This document shows positions 35,510 to 45,453 of a stretch of 64,000 bases of DNA, one piece after another (position 1 is the first letter of the stretch; each line of letters starts with the position of its first letter). A program made the translations under genes and the position numbers. The DNA comes from an uncultured Actinomycetes bacterium (GTDB taxonomy: Bacteria > Actinomycetota > Thermoleophilia > Gaiellales > Gaiellaceae). Below the pieces are notes generated by a model, which worked only from the letters and a program-made list of their open reading frames with translations, was not told the origin of the DNA and made no database searches. The DNA lies in the NCBI GenBank assembly GCA_963766375.1, contig CAVXZG010000008.1:3853-67852 (forward strand), given 5' to 3'.

Positions 35510-36397
35510 ATGGCAGACACTGGACACTTGCGAATCGGCGAACTGAGCAGGCGCACAGGCACGAGCGTCGACTCGTTGCGAGCATGGGAGCGGCGCTATG
35601 GGCTGCTGAGCCCTGACCGCTCGGACGGAGGATTTCGCCTCTACTCCGATGAGGACGTGGAGCGCGTGCGAGCGATGCAGACCCACCTCCACGACGGCCT
35701 CGCCGCTGCCGAAGCCGCCCGGCGAGCGCTCGAGACCGGTGTCCGCGTGGCAGGCGGAAGCGATCTGGTCACCCAGTCGAGGCGCGAGCTGGTGGATGCG
35801 CTCGCGAGCTTCGCTGAAGGGAGGGCGAACTCGGCGCTGGACCGACTGCTGGGCGCCCTCAGTGTGGACACTGTGCTCGTCGAGATCGTGCTTCCGTATC
35901 TGCACGAGCTCGGCGAGGCGTGGGCGCGCGGCGATGCGAGCGTCGCGCAGGAGCACTTCGCGAGCAACTTCGTCCGGGGCAGGCTGTTCGGGCTCGCCCG
36001 CGGCTGGGGCGAGGGAGCCGGCCCCCACGCCCTGCTCGCCTGTCCGCCACGAGAGCAGCACGACCTCGGGCTGATCGCATTCGGCCTCGCACTGCGCAAC
36101 CGGGGCTGGCGAATCACGTACCTCGGACAGGACACCCCCCTCTCGACGCTCGAGCAGGAAGCACGCGAGCTGGCGCCCGACCGCGTTGTGGTCGCCGCTT
36201 CCACACCTGAGCGACTGGAGGACGTGCTGATGGACCTCGCGAAGCTGGCGAAGGCGGCTCCGCTCTCGCTCGCAGGCGCGGGTGCCTCGGCCGACCTGGC
36301 CGGAAAGGCCGGAGCGATGCTGCTCGAGGGCGATCCGGTCAGCGAGGCGGAGCGGCTGACCCTGGAGCTTCGACCAGGCTCTCGATCGCAGCCTTGA
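35510..36397 (+). CDS. MerR-family regulator with C-terminal cobalamin-binding domain (CarH/LitR-like)
   Basis: MerR HTH LRIGELSRRTGTSVDSLRAWERRYGLL; W-x9-EH (WARGDASVAQEH) and E-x-H-x-x-G (EQHDLG) B12-binding signatures. Confidence 0.85.
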   Translation: MADTGHLRIGELSRRTGTSVDSLRAWERRYGLLSPDRSDGGFRLYSDEDVERVRAMQTHLHDGLAAAEAARRALETGVRVAGGSDLVTQSRRELVDALASFAEGRANSALDRLLGALSVDTVLVEIVLPYLHELGEAWARGDASVAQEHFASNFVRGRLFGLARGWGEGAGPHALLACPPREQHDLGLIAFGLALRNRGWRITYLGQDTPLSTLEQEARELAPDRVVVAASTPERLEDVLMDLAKLAKAAPLSLAGAGASADLAGKAGAMLLEGDPVSEAERLTLELRPGSRSQP

Positions 36398-37095
36398 CCT
36401 GTGACCACTCGGATGCGAGCGGATCGATCAGCTCGAAATGGCCGCCACCCTCGAGTGTGACGAGCTCGGCTTCTTCGCCAGCGACGCTGACGTAACGCTC
36501 GCTCATCGTGTAAGGAACGCCGTCGTCGTCAGTGCAGTGGATGACGATCTGCCGGACGCCGAGCGGGAGGAGCTCGAGCGGCGAGCCGTCGGCGAAGTGC
36601 TCCGGCGGCATGAACTTCGCCGGCGCGCTATCCGGCCCGTTGCGCTCCGCGGACTCCTGCACGTCAGAGACCGGCGCGAGCGCGACGACGGGTAGCTGGG
36701 CCCGCTTCGCCGCCCAGAGCGCGAGCTGTCCTCCGGCGGAGTGGCCGACGAGCACGACCCGCGTGTGGTCGACCGGAAGCTTGGGGAGGAACTCGACGGC
36801 GCGTGCGATGTCCTCCCCGGTCCCAGGCCACCCGCCGCCGGGGTCGCCGATGCTGCGGTACTCGACATTCCAGGTCCCGATCCCCGTCGCGGTCAGCGCC
36901 CGGCTCATATGGCCCGTGTGGATCAGGTTGTAGTTCGCCTTCCAGTAGCCGCCGTGGATCACGACAGCCAGCGGCGGGGCTTCGGCGTCACGGCAGGCGC
37001 AGGTCGCCGAACTGCAGCGGCTCGGGCCCGTAGGCGAGGCGCGCGTCGGCAGGCGGAGGCGGCGGGTCGGTGAGGATCTCCGCGCTGTCTCGCAT
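36339..37095 (-). pseudogene. alpha/beta hydrolase (arylformamidase/esterase-like), one frame break as assembled
   Basis: MRDSAEILTDPPPPPADARLAYGPEPLQFGDLRLP runs into a TGA. One base away the frame continues DAEAPPLAVVIHGGYW...GHSAGG (nucleophile elbow)...GGGHF. Break near 36988. TGATG junction with the upstream gene. Confidence 0.75.
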
Positions 37096-37655
37096 CAGGC
37101 GACCGGAGCGTTCCAGACGCGGATCACCGGCTCGTCCCGTTCGTAGCCGAGCGCGCTGAGCGTCGCGGAGTCGAGCGCGAACAGCCGTCCGTCGGCGACC
37201 GCGAGGCCAATCCACCGCGCCGCGAGCACGCGCAGCACGTGACCGTGGCCGAACACCAGCACGTCGCCGTCCGCGCGCCGAAGCTCCTCGACGACGCGGT
37301 CGACCCGCGCCTCCACCTCCGCCACGCTCTCGCCGCCGCGGGCGCCGTAGCGCCAGATCGTCCAATCGGGGATCTCCTGCCGGATCTCGGCCGTCGTGAT
37401 CCCCTCGAAGTCGCCGTAGTCCCACTCGGCCAGCTCCTCGCGCACCTCCGGCTCGAAACCCGCCAGCCGCGCCGTGTCCAGCGCCCGCCGCAACGGGCTC
37501 GACAGCACAAGCGCGAACTGACGGCCCCGCAGCGCCTCCCCGACCGCCCGCGCCTGAGCCTCGCCGACCTCGGTGAGCGGCACGTCGGTCCGTCCGGTGT
37601 GCTTCAAGTCCCGGCTCCACTCGGTCTCACCGTGCCTCACGACGACGATTTCCAT
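37095..37655 (-). CDS. histidine phosphatase (phosphoglycerate-mutase-like) family protein
   Basis: VVRHGETEWS (catalytic RHG), SSPLRRALDTA, WDYGDFEG and FGHGHVLR. Confidence 0.85.
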   Translation of the reverse strand: MEIVVVRHGETEWSRDLKHTGRTDVPLTEVGEAQARAVGEALRGRQFALVLSSPLRRALDTARLAGFEPEVREELAEWDYGDFEGITTAEIRQEIPDWTIWRYGARGGESVAEVEARVDRVVEELRRADGDVLVFGHGHVLRVLAARWIGLAVADGRLFALDSATLSALGYERDEPVIRVWNAPVA

Positions 37656-37686
37656 CGCCCGCACCCTATGGAAGGATGGCGCAACC

Positions 37687-39100
37687 GTGGACGGGGTTCC
37701 GCCGCAGCGAGATCCGCTCGCGCTGGACAAGGAGGCGATGCGGCAGCTTGGCTATCGCACCGTCGACCTGCTCGTCGAGTGGCTCGAGCGCGAGTCGCCG
37801 GCGATCCGACGCGCCTCGCCGGCCGAGATGCGGGAGCGCCTGGCCGGCCCGCCGCCTGAGCAGGCGGAGCCGTTCGAGGCGATCCTGGAGGGCCTCGAGC
37901 GCGACGTGCTCCCGTTCGCGAGCCGGGACGGCCACCCGCGTTTCTTCGGCTTCATTCCGTTCAGCGCGACCTGGCCGGGTGCGCTCGGCGACCTGATCGC
38001 GAGCGCCTGCAACCTCTACACGGGCTCCTGGATGGAGTCGGCCGGCCCAAGCCAGGTCGAGCTCGAGGTGCTGGGGTGGTTCAAGGAGTGGATCGGCTAC
38101 CCGCGCCGAGGCGGCCGGCTCGCTGGTGAGCGGCGGCTCGGTGGGGAACATGACCGCGGTCGCCTGCGCGCGCGAGTCGCTGGCCGGGCCGATGCGGGAC
38201 GACCTCGTCCTCTACGTCTCCGACCAGGCGCACTCGTCGTTCGCGCGCTCGGCGCGGATCCTCGGCTTCCGGCCCGGTCAGGTGCGAGTGCTGCCCACCG
38301 ACACCGCCTTCAGGCTCGACCCGGCCACGCTGCGGGCGGCGATGGATGCCGACGTCGCGGCCGGCCGCACGCCGTTCCTCCTGGCCGCGAACGCCGGGAC
38401 GACCAACTCGGGCGCGATCGACCCGCTGCCCGAGCTCGCCGAGGCCTGCCGCGAGCGCGGCGCGTGGCTGCACGTGGACGGGGCCTACGGCGGCTTCGCG
38501 GCACTCGCAGATCGAGCGCTGCTGCCCGGGATCGAGCTCGCGGACTCGGTCACGCTCGACCCGCACAAGTGGCTCTACCAGCCGTTCGAGTGCGGCTGCG
38601 TGCTCGTGCGCAACGGGCGGGCGCTGCGGGCGGCGTTCGAGATGCTGCCCGACTACCTCCGCGACGCCGAGCCCGACGAGGAGGAGGTCAACTTCTCCGA
38701 CCTCGGGCTCCAGCTGACCCGCTCGGCGCGGGCGCTGAAGATCTGGGTCTCGCTGCGGTTCTTCGGCGTGGAGGCCTTCCGAGAGGCGATCGCGCGCTCG
38801 CTCGAGACAGCGGCGTGGGCCGCCGAGCGCGTAGAGCAGAGCGAGTCGCTGGAGCTGCTGGCCCCGCCCTCACTGGGAGTCGTCTGCTTCGGGCGCATGG
38901 ACCTCGACGAGCGGGGCAACAACGGCCTGGTCGCAGCCCTGGAGCAGAGCGGCGTAGGGCTCATCTCCTCGACCCGGCTGCACGGACGCTTCGCCCTGCG
39001 GCTCTGCGTTTTCAACCACACGAGCGGCCCCGAGGACGTCGAGCGGGTGCTGGCGTTTCTCGAAACGGCCAGAGCCGGAGCCCGAAGCGCCTCAGCGTGA
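37687..39100 (+). pseudogene. group II pyridoxal-phosphate-dependent amino-acid decarboxylase, one frame break as assembled
   Basis: GGAAGGA SD before GTG 37687. GHPRFFGFIP in frame one; after ~38103 SGGSVGNMTAVACAR, HVDGAYGG and the PLP-lysine motif TLDPHKWLYQP appear in the second frame. Confidence 0.85.
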
Positions 39101-39116
39101 GCGCCATCCGCCGATC

Positions 39117-39555
39117 GTGAGCAGCTGGCCGGGCTTGCCGGAGGCCGACGTGCCGTCGCTGCGGGCACTGCCGCTGTTTGCGGAGCTCGAGCCGCACCAG
39201 GCGGCGGCGGTCGGCAAGCAGGCGTCGCTGCGCGAGGCCGCAGACGGGCGAGACCGTGGTCGAGCAGTGGAGCCTCGGGCGCGACTTCTACGTGATCCTC
39301 GAAGGGACGGCCGAGGTCTCGATCGACGGCGCGCACGCGCGCGACCTCGGCCCGGGCGACTTCTTCGGCGAGCTGACCGCGCTCGACTGGGGCTCGGGGT
39401 TCACGTACCCGCGGCTGGCCACGGTGCGGGCGACTTCGCCGCTGAGGCTGCTCGTCTTCCCGGACGGGAAGCTGGCCGAGCTCGTGCGGCGCTACCCGAG
39501 CGTCGACCGGCAGGTGCGCGCCGCGGTGGCCGAGCGGCTGCCGCAGCACACGTGA
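39117..39555 (+). pseudogene. stand-alone cyclic-nucleotide-binding domain protein (~145 aa), one frame break as assembled
   Basis: [14 protein letters not shown]...(break ~39240)...[24 protein letters not shown]...[10 protein letters not shown]...RLATVRA is the CAP-effector/cNMP phosphate-binding-cassette pattern. Confidence 0.7.
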
Positions 39556-41193
39556 GCCACGCCACCCGCATCCGCACGGTGCTGGGCGGGGTCTTCCGGA
39601 ACCCGGAGCTGAGACGGGTCGAGCTCGCCTTCGCCGGGTTCAACGCGGGCGAGTGGGGCGCCTGGATCGCGATGCTCGTCTACGCCTACGAGCAGGGCGG
39701 CGCGACCACGGCCGGGCTCGTGGCCGCCGCGCAGCTCGTCCCGGCCGGGCTGGCGGCGCCCTTCGCGGCGGTGCTCGCCGACCGTTATGCGCCCGCGCGG
39801 GTGCTGACGCTCGGCTACGTGGCGCAGGCGCTGGCAATGGGCGCGACCGGGGCGGCGCTGCTCGCGCACGGGCCGCCGCTGCTGGCCTACGCACTGGCCG
39901 CGGTCGGCGCGACCTGCGTGACGGTGACGCGGCCGACCCAGTCTGCCCTGGTGCCGGCGTTGGCGCGGACGCCGGACGAGCTGACCGCGACCAACGTCGT
40001 CTCGGGCTGGATCGAGGCGGTGAGCGTGCTCGTCGCGCCCGCCGGTGCCGGCGTGCTCCTCGCCGTGGCGTCGCCGGGTTGGGTCTTCGCCGCGCTCGCG
40101 GTGGTGGTGCTGGTTGCCGCCGCTCCTCGTCGCACCGCTCCGCGGGCCGCCGCCTGCAGCCGAGCCGCGGCCGCCGCTCGAAGAGGCGCTCGCGCGGCTT
40201 CCGGCTGCTGGCGAAGGAGCCGGCTACGCGAACGCTCGTCGCGCTCCTGGGCGGCCAGTTCGTGGCGATCGGCGCGCTGGACGTGCTCTACGTCGTGCTC
40301 GCGATCTCCGTGCTCGACCTGGGTGGCTCGGGCGCGGGGTACCTGAACGCGGCCTTCGGCGCGGGCGGAGTCGCCGGGATCGCGGTCACCGTCGCGCTGA
40401 TCGGGCGCCGCCGGCTGATGCCCGCGCTCGTGCTCGGGATCCTGGCCTGGGGCGCGGCCTTTGCGTTACTGGGCGCCTGGCCGACGACGATCGGCGCGCT
40501 GCTGCTGCTGGCCGTGGCAGGGGCCGGCCGAAGCCTGCTCGACGTCGCCGGGCGAACGATCCTGCAGCGAACCGCGCCGGGCGACGTGCTCTCGCGGGTC
40601 TTCGGCGTGCTGGAAGGGCTCTCGATGGCCGGCCTCGCGCTCGGCTCGCTGCTCACCCCGGCGCTGGTGAGCCTCTTCGGCGCGAGGTGGGCGATCGTCG
40701 GGATCGGCGCTCTGCTGCCGCTGGCCGTGCTGCTCGCGAGCAGGCGCCTGCTGGAGATCGACCGCCGAGCCCGGTGCCGGTGGTCGAGATCGCGCTGCTG
40801 CGCTCGCTGCCGTTGTTCTCGCCCCTGGGAGCGCCCGCGCTGGAGGGCCTCGCGCGCGGGCTCGCCGAGCTGCAGGCTCCGGCCGGGACCGCGGTCGTGC
40901 GGGAAGGCGAGCCAGGCGACCGCTTCTACGTCGTGGCCGAGGGCGAGCTCGACGTCTCGGCTCAGGGACGCAAGCTGCGGACGATCGGCCGTGGCGAGGG
41001 CTTCGGCGAGATCGCGCTGCTGGAGAACGTCCCGCGCACAGCCACGGTGACGGCACGCACCGACTCGCGCCTGTACGCGCTCGACAAGCCCTCGTTCCTG
41101 GCCAGTGTCTCCTCACATCCACGAGCAGCCGGCGAGGCGAATCGGCTCGTCCGCGAGCGGCTGCCCTCGAAGCAAGCGACAATCGCCCCGTGA
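39552..41193 (+). pseudogene. MFS transporter with C-terminal cyclic-nucleotide-binding domain, three frame breaks as assembled
   Basis: GTGA overlap with the upstream stop. About 12 hydrophobic helices. Breaks near 40122, 40195 and 40770. The C-terminus reads LRSLPLFSPLGAPALEGLA...REGEPGDRFYVVAEGELDV...GEGFGEIALLENVPRTATVTA. Confidence 0.8.
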
Positions 41194-42158
41194 TCGACCC
41201 GCTCGAGCGCTGGCGCAAGTACGGCGAGAAGCCCGACTACGCGGGCCTCCTCACCTACGGCGGCGCGCCGTACACGCAGGATCCGGCCGAGCTTGCCGGG
41301 TTCGACGTCGCCATCGTGGGCGCGCCGACCGACGACCTCGTCTCGGACCGGCCCGGCGCCCGCTTCGGGCCGCGGGCGATCCGCGCCGCCAGTTGTCCGC
41401 CCGGGCCGCACCTCGAGTCGAAGGTGGATGCTTTCGAGGAGCTGAAGATCGTCGACTTCGGCGACGCTGCGGTGCTCCCGGCAGACGCGGCCGCCTCGCA
41501 CGAGGCGATCTTCGAGCTGGTCGGCCAGGTGCTCGACGCCGGCGCCCTCCCGATCGTGCTCGGCGGCGACCACTCGATCGCCGAGCCCGACGTGCGCGCC
41601 GTCGCCGGGCACCACGGCCCGGTCGGCCTCGTCCATTTCGACACCCACACCGACACCGGCCGCGAGGTCTTCGGCGTCGAGGTCTCGCACGGGACGCCGA
41701 TGTTCCGGCTCGTCGAGGCGGGCAAGCTCGCGCCCAAGCGCTACGTGCAGATCGGCCTGCGCGGCTACTGGCCCGGCGAAGAGACGTTCAAGTGGCAGGC
41801 CGACAACGGGATCACGAGCTTCTTCATGCACGACGTGCGGCGCGACGGGATCGAAGCGATCGTCGCGCGGACGCTCGAGCTCGTGGGCGAGGGGCCCGTC
41901 TACCTGACCGTCGACGTGGACGTGCTCGACCCGGCCTTCGCTCCGGGAACCGGGACTCCCGAGCCGGGCGGGATGACGTCCTCCGATCTCCTCTGGGCCT
42001 GCCGAACCGTCGCGACCGAGCTGGAGCTCGTCGGCGCGGAGGTGGTCGAGGTGATCCCGACGGCAGTGGGCTCGGCGGACGTCACGGCGCTCGTCGCGGA
42101 CCGGATCGTCCGCGAGATCCTCAACGGGATCGCGCTGCGTCGCCGGGCTTCCGGCTAA
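41190..42158 (+). CDS. speB: agmatinase / ureohydrolase (arginase family)
   Basis: GTGA overlap with the upstream gene. Mn-ligand motifs GGDHS, HFDTHTDT and TVDVDVLDPAFAPGTGTPEPGG. 322 aa, intact. Substrate specificity cannot be read from sequence. Confidence 0.85.
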   Translation: MIDPLERWRKYGEKPDYAGLLTYGGAPYTQDPAELAGFDVAIVGAPTDDLVSDRPGARFGPRAIRAASCPPGPHLESKVDAFEELKIVDFGDAAVLPADAAASHEAIFELVGQVLDAGALPIVLGGDHSIAEPDVRAVAGHHGPVGLVHFDTHTDTGREVFGVEVSHGTPMFRLVEAGKLAPKRYVQIGLRGYWPGEETFKWQADNGITSFFMHDVRRDGIEAIVARTLELVGEGPVYLTVDVDVLDPAFAPGTGTPEPGGMTSSDLLWACRTVATELELVGAEVVEVIPTAVGSADVTALVADRIVREILNGIALRRRASG

Positions 42159-42585
42159 GCGGCAGGCCGTACCAGAACCACGCAAAGCCGCCCGCGATCA
42201 AGGCGCTCGTGACCGCCGCCCACAGTCCCTGAAGAGGATGTCGGCGATCAGGAACACGGCCGCGGTCATGCCGAGCGCGAGAAAGGTGGTGCCGGCGATC
42301 GCGAGCCGGTTGGAGGTGCGCAGCATCTGCTCCTTGTCGCCCTCGCGCCAGCGCAGGCGGTGGTAGGCCGAAGGGGCGATCAGCAGGATCGAGGCGGAGG
42401 CCGTGCAGAGGAAGGCGAGGAAGAAGACGTCGCGCTGGAGGTCGGTGACGCGGGTCCAGCCGCTCGAAAACGGGACCGCCAGCAGGAACGCGAACAGCAC
42501 CTGAACCCCGGGCAGCACGACCCGGAGCTCGTTCAGGAGCTCGATCAGCTCGCGGTCGAGATCGTCCGCGCTTGCGCTGGCTCAC
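42121..42585 (-). pseudogene. DUF6328-like membrane protein, two frame breaks as assembled
   Basis: GTGA overlap with the cofE stop. DDLDRELIELLNELRVVLPGVQVLFAFLLAVPF is the family's conserved N-terminal pattern. Breaks near 42562 and 42232; the C-terminus GLWAAVTSALIAGGFAWFWYG is in a third frame. Confidence 0.6.
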
Positions 42586-43307
42586 CGAAAGAGGTCGCGG
42601 TCGGGAGGCATGACGAGCTCGCGGGCGCTGCCCCCGCCCTGAACGTCGACTCCTCTGATCACGGCCGCGGGCACTCCGGCAGTCTTCCCCATCACGAGCT
42701 CCGCGGCACCTGCCAGCTCGTCGGCGACGGCGATCACGGTCGCGTGCAGCTCGTAACCGGTCGAATCGCGGAGGCCCTTCAGGTCGAGGAGCGGCTCGAT
42801 CCCGGCCACGCCGATCGCGACGTCGGTCGTGCCCTGGCGCCACGCGCGGCCGAACGAGTCGCTCACGATCACGCCTACCTCCGCGCCGGTCTCCTCGCGG
42901 AGGCGATCGCGCAGCCGTGCCGCCGAGGCGTCCGGGTCATCAGGCAGGAGCACGACGGTCCCCGGCTCGGGCGCATTGGAGGCGTCCACGCCTGCCGAGG
43001 CGCAGACGAAGCCGTGCTTCGTCTCGGCGATCACGAGCGGCGGGCGGACGCGGACGATTCGAGCCGTCTCGCGGAGGATCACCTCGAGCTGCCGTGGGTC
43101 GCTGTCGGCGGCGATCTTCGTGGCCTCCTCGGAGGGCACGACGTCGGCGAGGCGCACCACTCGGCCCTCGGCCTTCGAGACGACCTTCTGCGCGACCACG
43201 AGCACGTCGCCGTCCTCGAGAACCGCACGCTCGGCGATCAGCGCCGCCAGGTCGTCGCCCTCGCGGATCTCCGGCAGGCCTTCGACCGGGGTGATCGACA
43301 CGCTCAC
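42582..43307 (-). CDS. cofE: coenzyme F420-0:L-glutamate ligase (CofE-type, single domain)
   Basis: GDDLAALIAE...GDVLVVAQKVVSKAEGR...GFVCASAGVDASN...VIVSDSFGRAWRQGTTDVAIG matches CofE. ~241 aa, with no C-terminal nitroreductase domain. The GTG overlaps the npdG stop. Confidence 0.85.
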   Translation of the reverse strand: MSVSITPVEGLPEIREGDDLAALIAERAVLEDGDVLVVAQKVVSKAEGRVVRLADVVPSEEATKIAADSDPRQLEVILRETARIVRVRPPLVIAETKHGFVCASAGVDASNAPEPGTVVLLPDDPDASAARLRDRLREETGAEVGVIVSDSFGRAWRQGTTDVAIGVAGIEPLLDLKGLRDSTGYELHATVIAVADELAGAAELVMGKTAGVPAAVIRGVDVQGGGSARELVMPPDRDLFR

Positions 43308-43924
43308 GGCAGGCCGGTCAGCCGCAGCCCGGCGTGGACGCCGAACTCCTTGTTCACGTTCAGGATCACCGCGGTCATGCCCTCGAGCGCCCGGGAGTTG
43401 GCGAGGGGGCCGACATCCACGGCCCGCCCGCCGACGAGGCGGCCTGCGAGCTCCAGCACGAGCTTCTTCACGCCCGGGTCGTCGCCACAGATGAGCGCGT
43501 CCAGGTCGGGCGGCTCGGACGACGAGAGGTCGATCGCCGAGACGGTCTGCAGCCCCGAGGCGACGGGCGCACGGATCAGCTTCGCGAGGTTCTCGGCGAG
43601 CGAGCCTTCCTCGAGCCCGGGAACGATCCCGATCTCTGTGAAGCGAAGGTCGCTGGCCACGCAGAGCACCGGGGTGTCGCCGATTGCGTCTGCCAGCGCG
43701 GCGCCGGTCTCGATCGCAGCGTTCGACTTGGTGGCCAGCACGACGAGGTCGACGCCCTTGACCACGTTCTCGTTGCTGTCGCCCTTCACGCCGATCTCGA
43801 GCGCCCGCTCCTTGGCCCGTTGCGCGTCGCGCGAGCCGATGTAGACGTCCTCGCCGAGCAGATGCAGCTTCCGCGCCAGCGCGCGCCCGAAGGTGCCGGT
43901 GCCGCCGACGATCGCGATCTTCAC
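43304..43924 (-). CDS. npdG: NADPH-dependent F420 reductase
   Basis: MKIAIVGGTGTFGRALARKL...IGSRD... Rossmann N-terminus and length (206 aa) fit NpdG/Fno. GTGA overlaps on both sides. Confidence 0.8.
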   Translation of the reverse strand: MKIAIVGGTGTFGRALARKLHLLGEDVYIGSRDAQRAKERALEIGVKGDSNENVVKGVDLVVLATKSNAAIETGAALADAIGDTPVLCVASDLRFTEIGIVPGLEEGSLAENLAKLIRAPVASGLQTVSAIDLSSSEPPDLDALICGDDPGVKKLVLELAGRLVGGRAVDVGPLANSRALEGMTAVILNVNKEFGVHAGLRLTGLP

Positions 43925-44840
43925 CGCAAGGCCGCCGCGGTCTCGAGCACCGCGTCGCGAGCCGGCGTCTTGCGTCGGCGTCGCTCATCAGGGTGCGCGT
44001 GACAATCGTCCGGATCCCGGCGTCCTCGTCCGCGTCGGCCACGTCGATCACGAGCGCGTCGATCAACCCCTTGTAACAGTCTGTTACTTGTTTCGGGCCG
44101 GTCCCGCCGGCGAGGCGGGCGAGCATTCGGGCGGCGGGCCCGCGAACGGCCTTGCCGCCGATCAGCGGACTGACCGCAACGGCGGGAGCGCTCCGCTGCT
44201 CGAGCGCCTCGCGGATTCCCGCGACGGCGAGGATCGGGCCGATGCTGACGAACGGGTTGCTCGGCGCGATCGCGATCAGGTCGGCCCCGGCAAGGGCCTC
44301 GAGCACCCCCGGCGCGGGCCGCGCATCCTCGGCGCCCTCGAAGCGCACGGCATCCACCTCGTCACGGTGCTGCCTGCCGACGAACCACTCCTGGAAAGGG
44401 AAGTCGCCGGCCGGGGTCTCGAGCCACGTGCGCAGCCGGTCGTCGGTCGCGGGCAACAGCGCCGGCACGAGCCCGAACGCCGCCGCGAGCTCACGCGTGA
44501 CGCGGGAGAGCGGCTCGCCGTCGCGCAGCTTCTGCGTGCGGACGAGGTGGAGCCCGAGGTCGCGGTCGCCGAGCTGGAACCACGTGTCGGCCCCGAGGCC
44601 GCCCGCCTCCCCGAGCGCGTTCCAGGTCTCGTCCTTGCGACCCCAGCCGCGCTCCTCGTCCAGGCGGCCGGTGAGCGTGTAGAGGATCGTGTCGAGGTCA
44701 GGCGAGACGTGGAGGCCGAAGATCTCGACGTCGTCGCCGACGTTGCCGACGATCGTCAGTTGCTCCGGCTCGATCGTCTCCGCGAGCGCGCGGGCGAAAC
44801 GGGAGCCGCCGAGGCCGCCTGCGAGGACGGCGACCTTCAC
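43921..44840 (-). pseudogene. cofD: 2-phospho-L-lactate transferase, one frame break near the 3' end as assembled
   Basis: MKVAVLAGGLGGSRFARAL...GDDVEIFGLHVSPDLD...WFQLGDRDL...IAPSNPFVSIGPIL. After ~43955 the natural end (AVLETAAALR-TGA, overlapping the npdG GTG) is in the adjacent frame. Confidence 0.85.
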
Positions 44841-45394
44841 CGCGCGAGGCCCGTGCGAAGCGCGTCCAGCGCCGCAGCGGTGCGGGGGCCGAGCCGTTCC
44901 TCGAGCCCCTCGAGATCGCCGAGCGTGTCCACGTCGTCGGCGAGGTTCGGGATCGCAGCTACGGCCGCGGGAACCTCGAGCCGCTCGGCTCGCGCCAGGA
45001 AACGCTCCGCGCTGTCGGGGCCGTAGAGCGGCGCAAACAGGTGCGGCGCCGCAAGCGCCAGAGCGTTCGTGGTCCCGTCGGCCGCGGCGACGAGCGCCAG
45101 GCCGTCCTCCGGGAGCGCGCCGAGGAGCGCGAGCAGGTCGCGCGGCTGCGCGGCAGGTAGGTCGGCGTTGACGACGAGGATCGGCCCGGAATCGATTCGC
45201 CTGAGCGCGGCCTCGACCGCTGCGCCCTGGCCTCCGCCCTCGTCTGCCACGAACACCTCAGCGGTGACCGCGCGGGAGGCAGCGAGCACGTCATCGAGCA
45301 TCGCGTTCGCGATGCTGGCCCGGACGTCCTCGGGCGCCGGAGCGAGGCGGTGTTTAGCGCTCTCCCCGCGGAAGGGAACAACCACGGTGGGCAT
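44837..45394 (-). CDS. cofC: 2-phospho-L-lactate (or PEP-derived) guanylyltransferase
   Basis: VVVPFRGESAKHRLAP...AMLDDVL...ILVVNADLP is the CofC/FbiD pattern. 185 aa; its TGA overlaps the cofD GTG. Confidence 0.8.
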   Translation of the reverse strand: MPTVVVPFRGESAKHRLAPAPEDVRASIANAMLDDVLAASRAVTAEVFVADEGGGQGAAVEAALRRIDSGPILVVNADLPAAQPRDLLALLGALPEDGLALVAAADGTTNALALAAPHLFAPLYGPDSAERFLARAERLEVPAAVAAIPNLADDVDTLGDLEGLEERLGPRTAAALDALRTGLAR

Positions 45395-45453
45395 GCCGTC
45401 GAGAGACTATCCAGCAGTGACAGGGCCACCGCCGGACAACGCCGGGATCCGGG

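Noticed and set aside
42582-44840. The 752-aa ORF as a CofD-X-CofE fusion protein.
   Set aside because: The middle third is a compositionally abnormal read-through across npdG. That gene has its own frame, a conserved sequence and GTGA junctions on both sides. A single frame break near 43955 removes the natural cofD stop.
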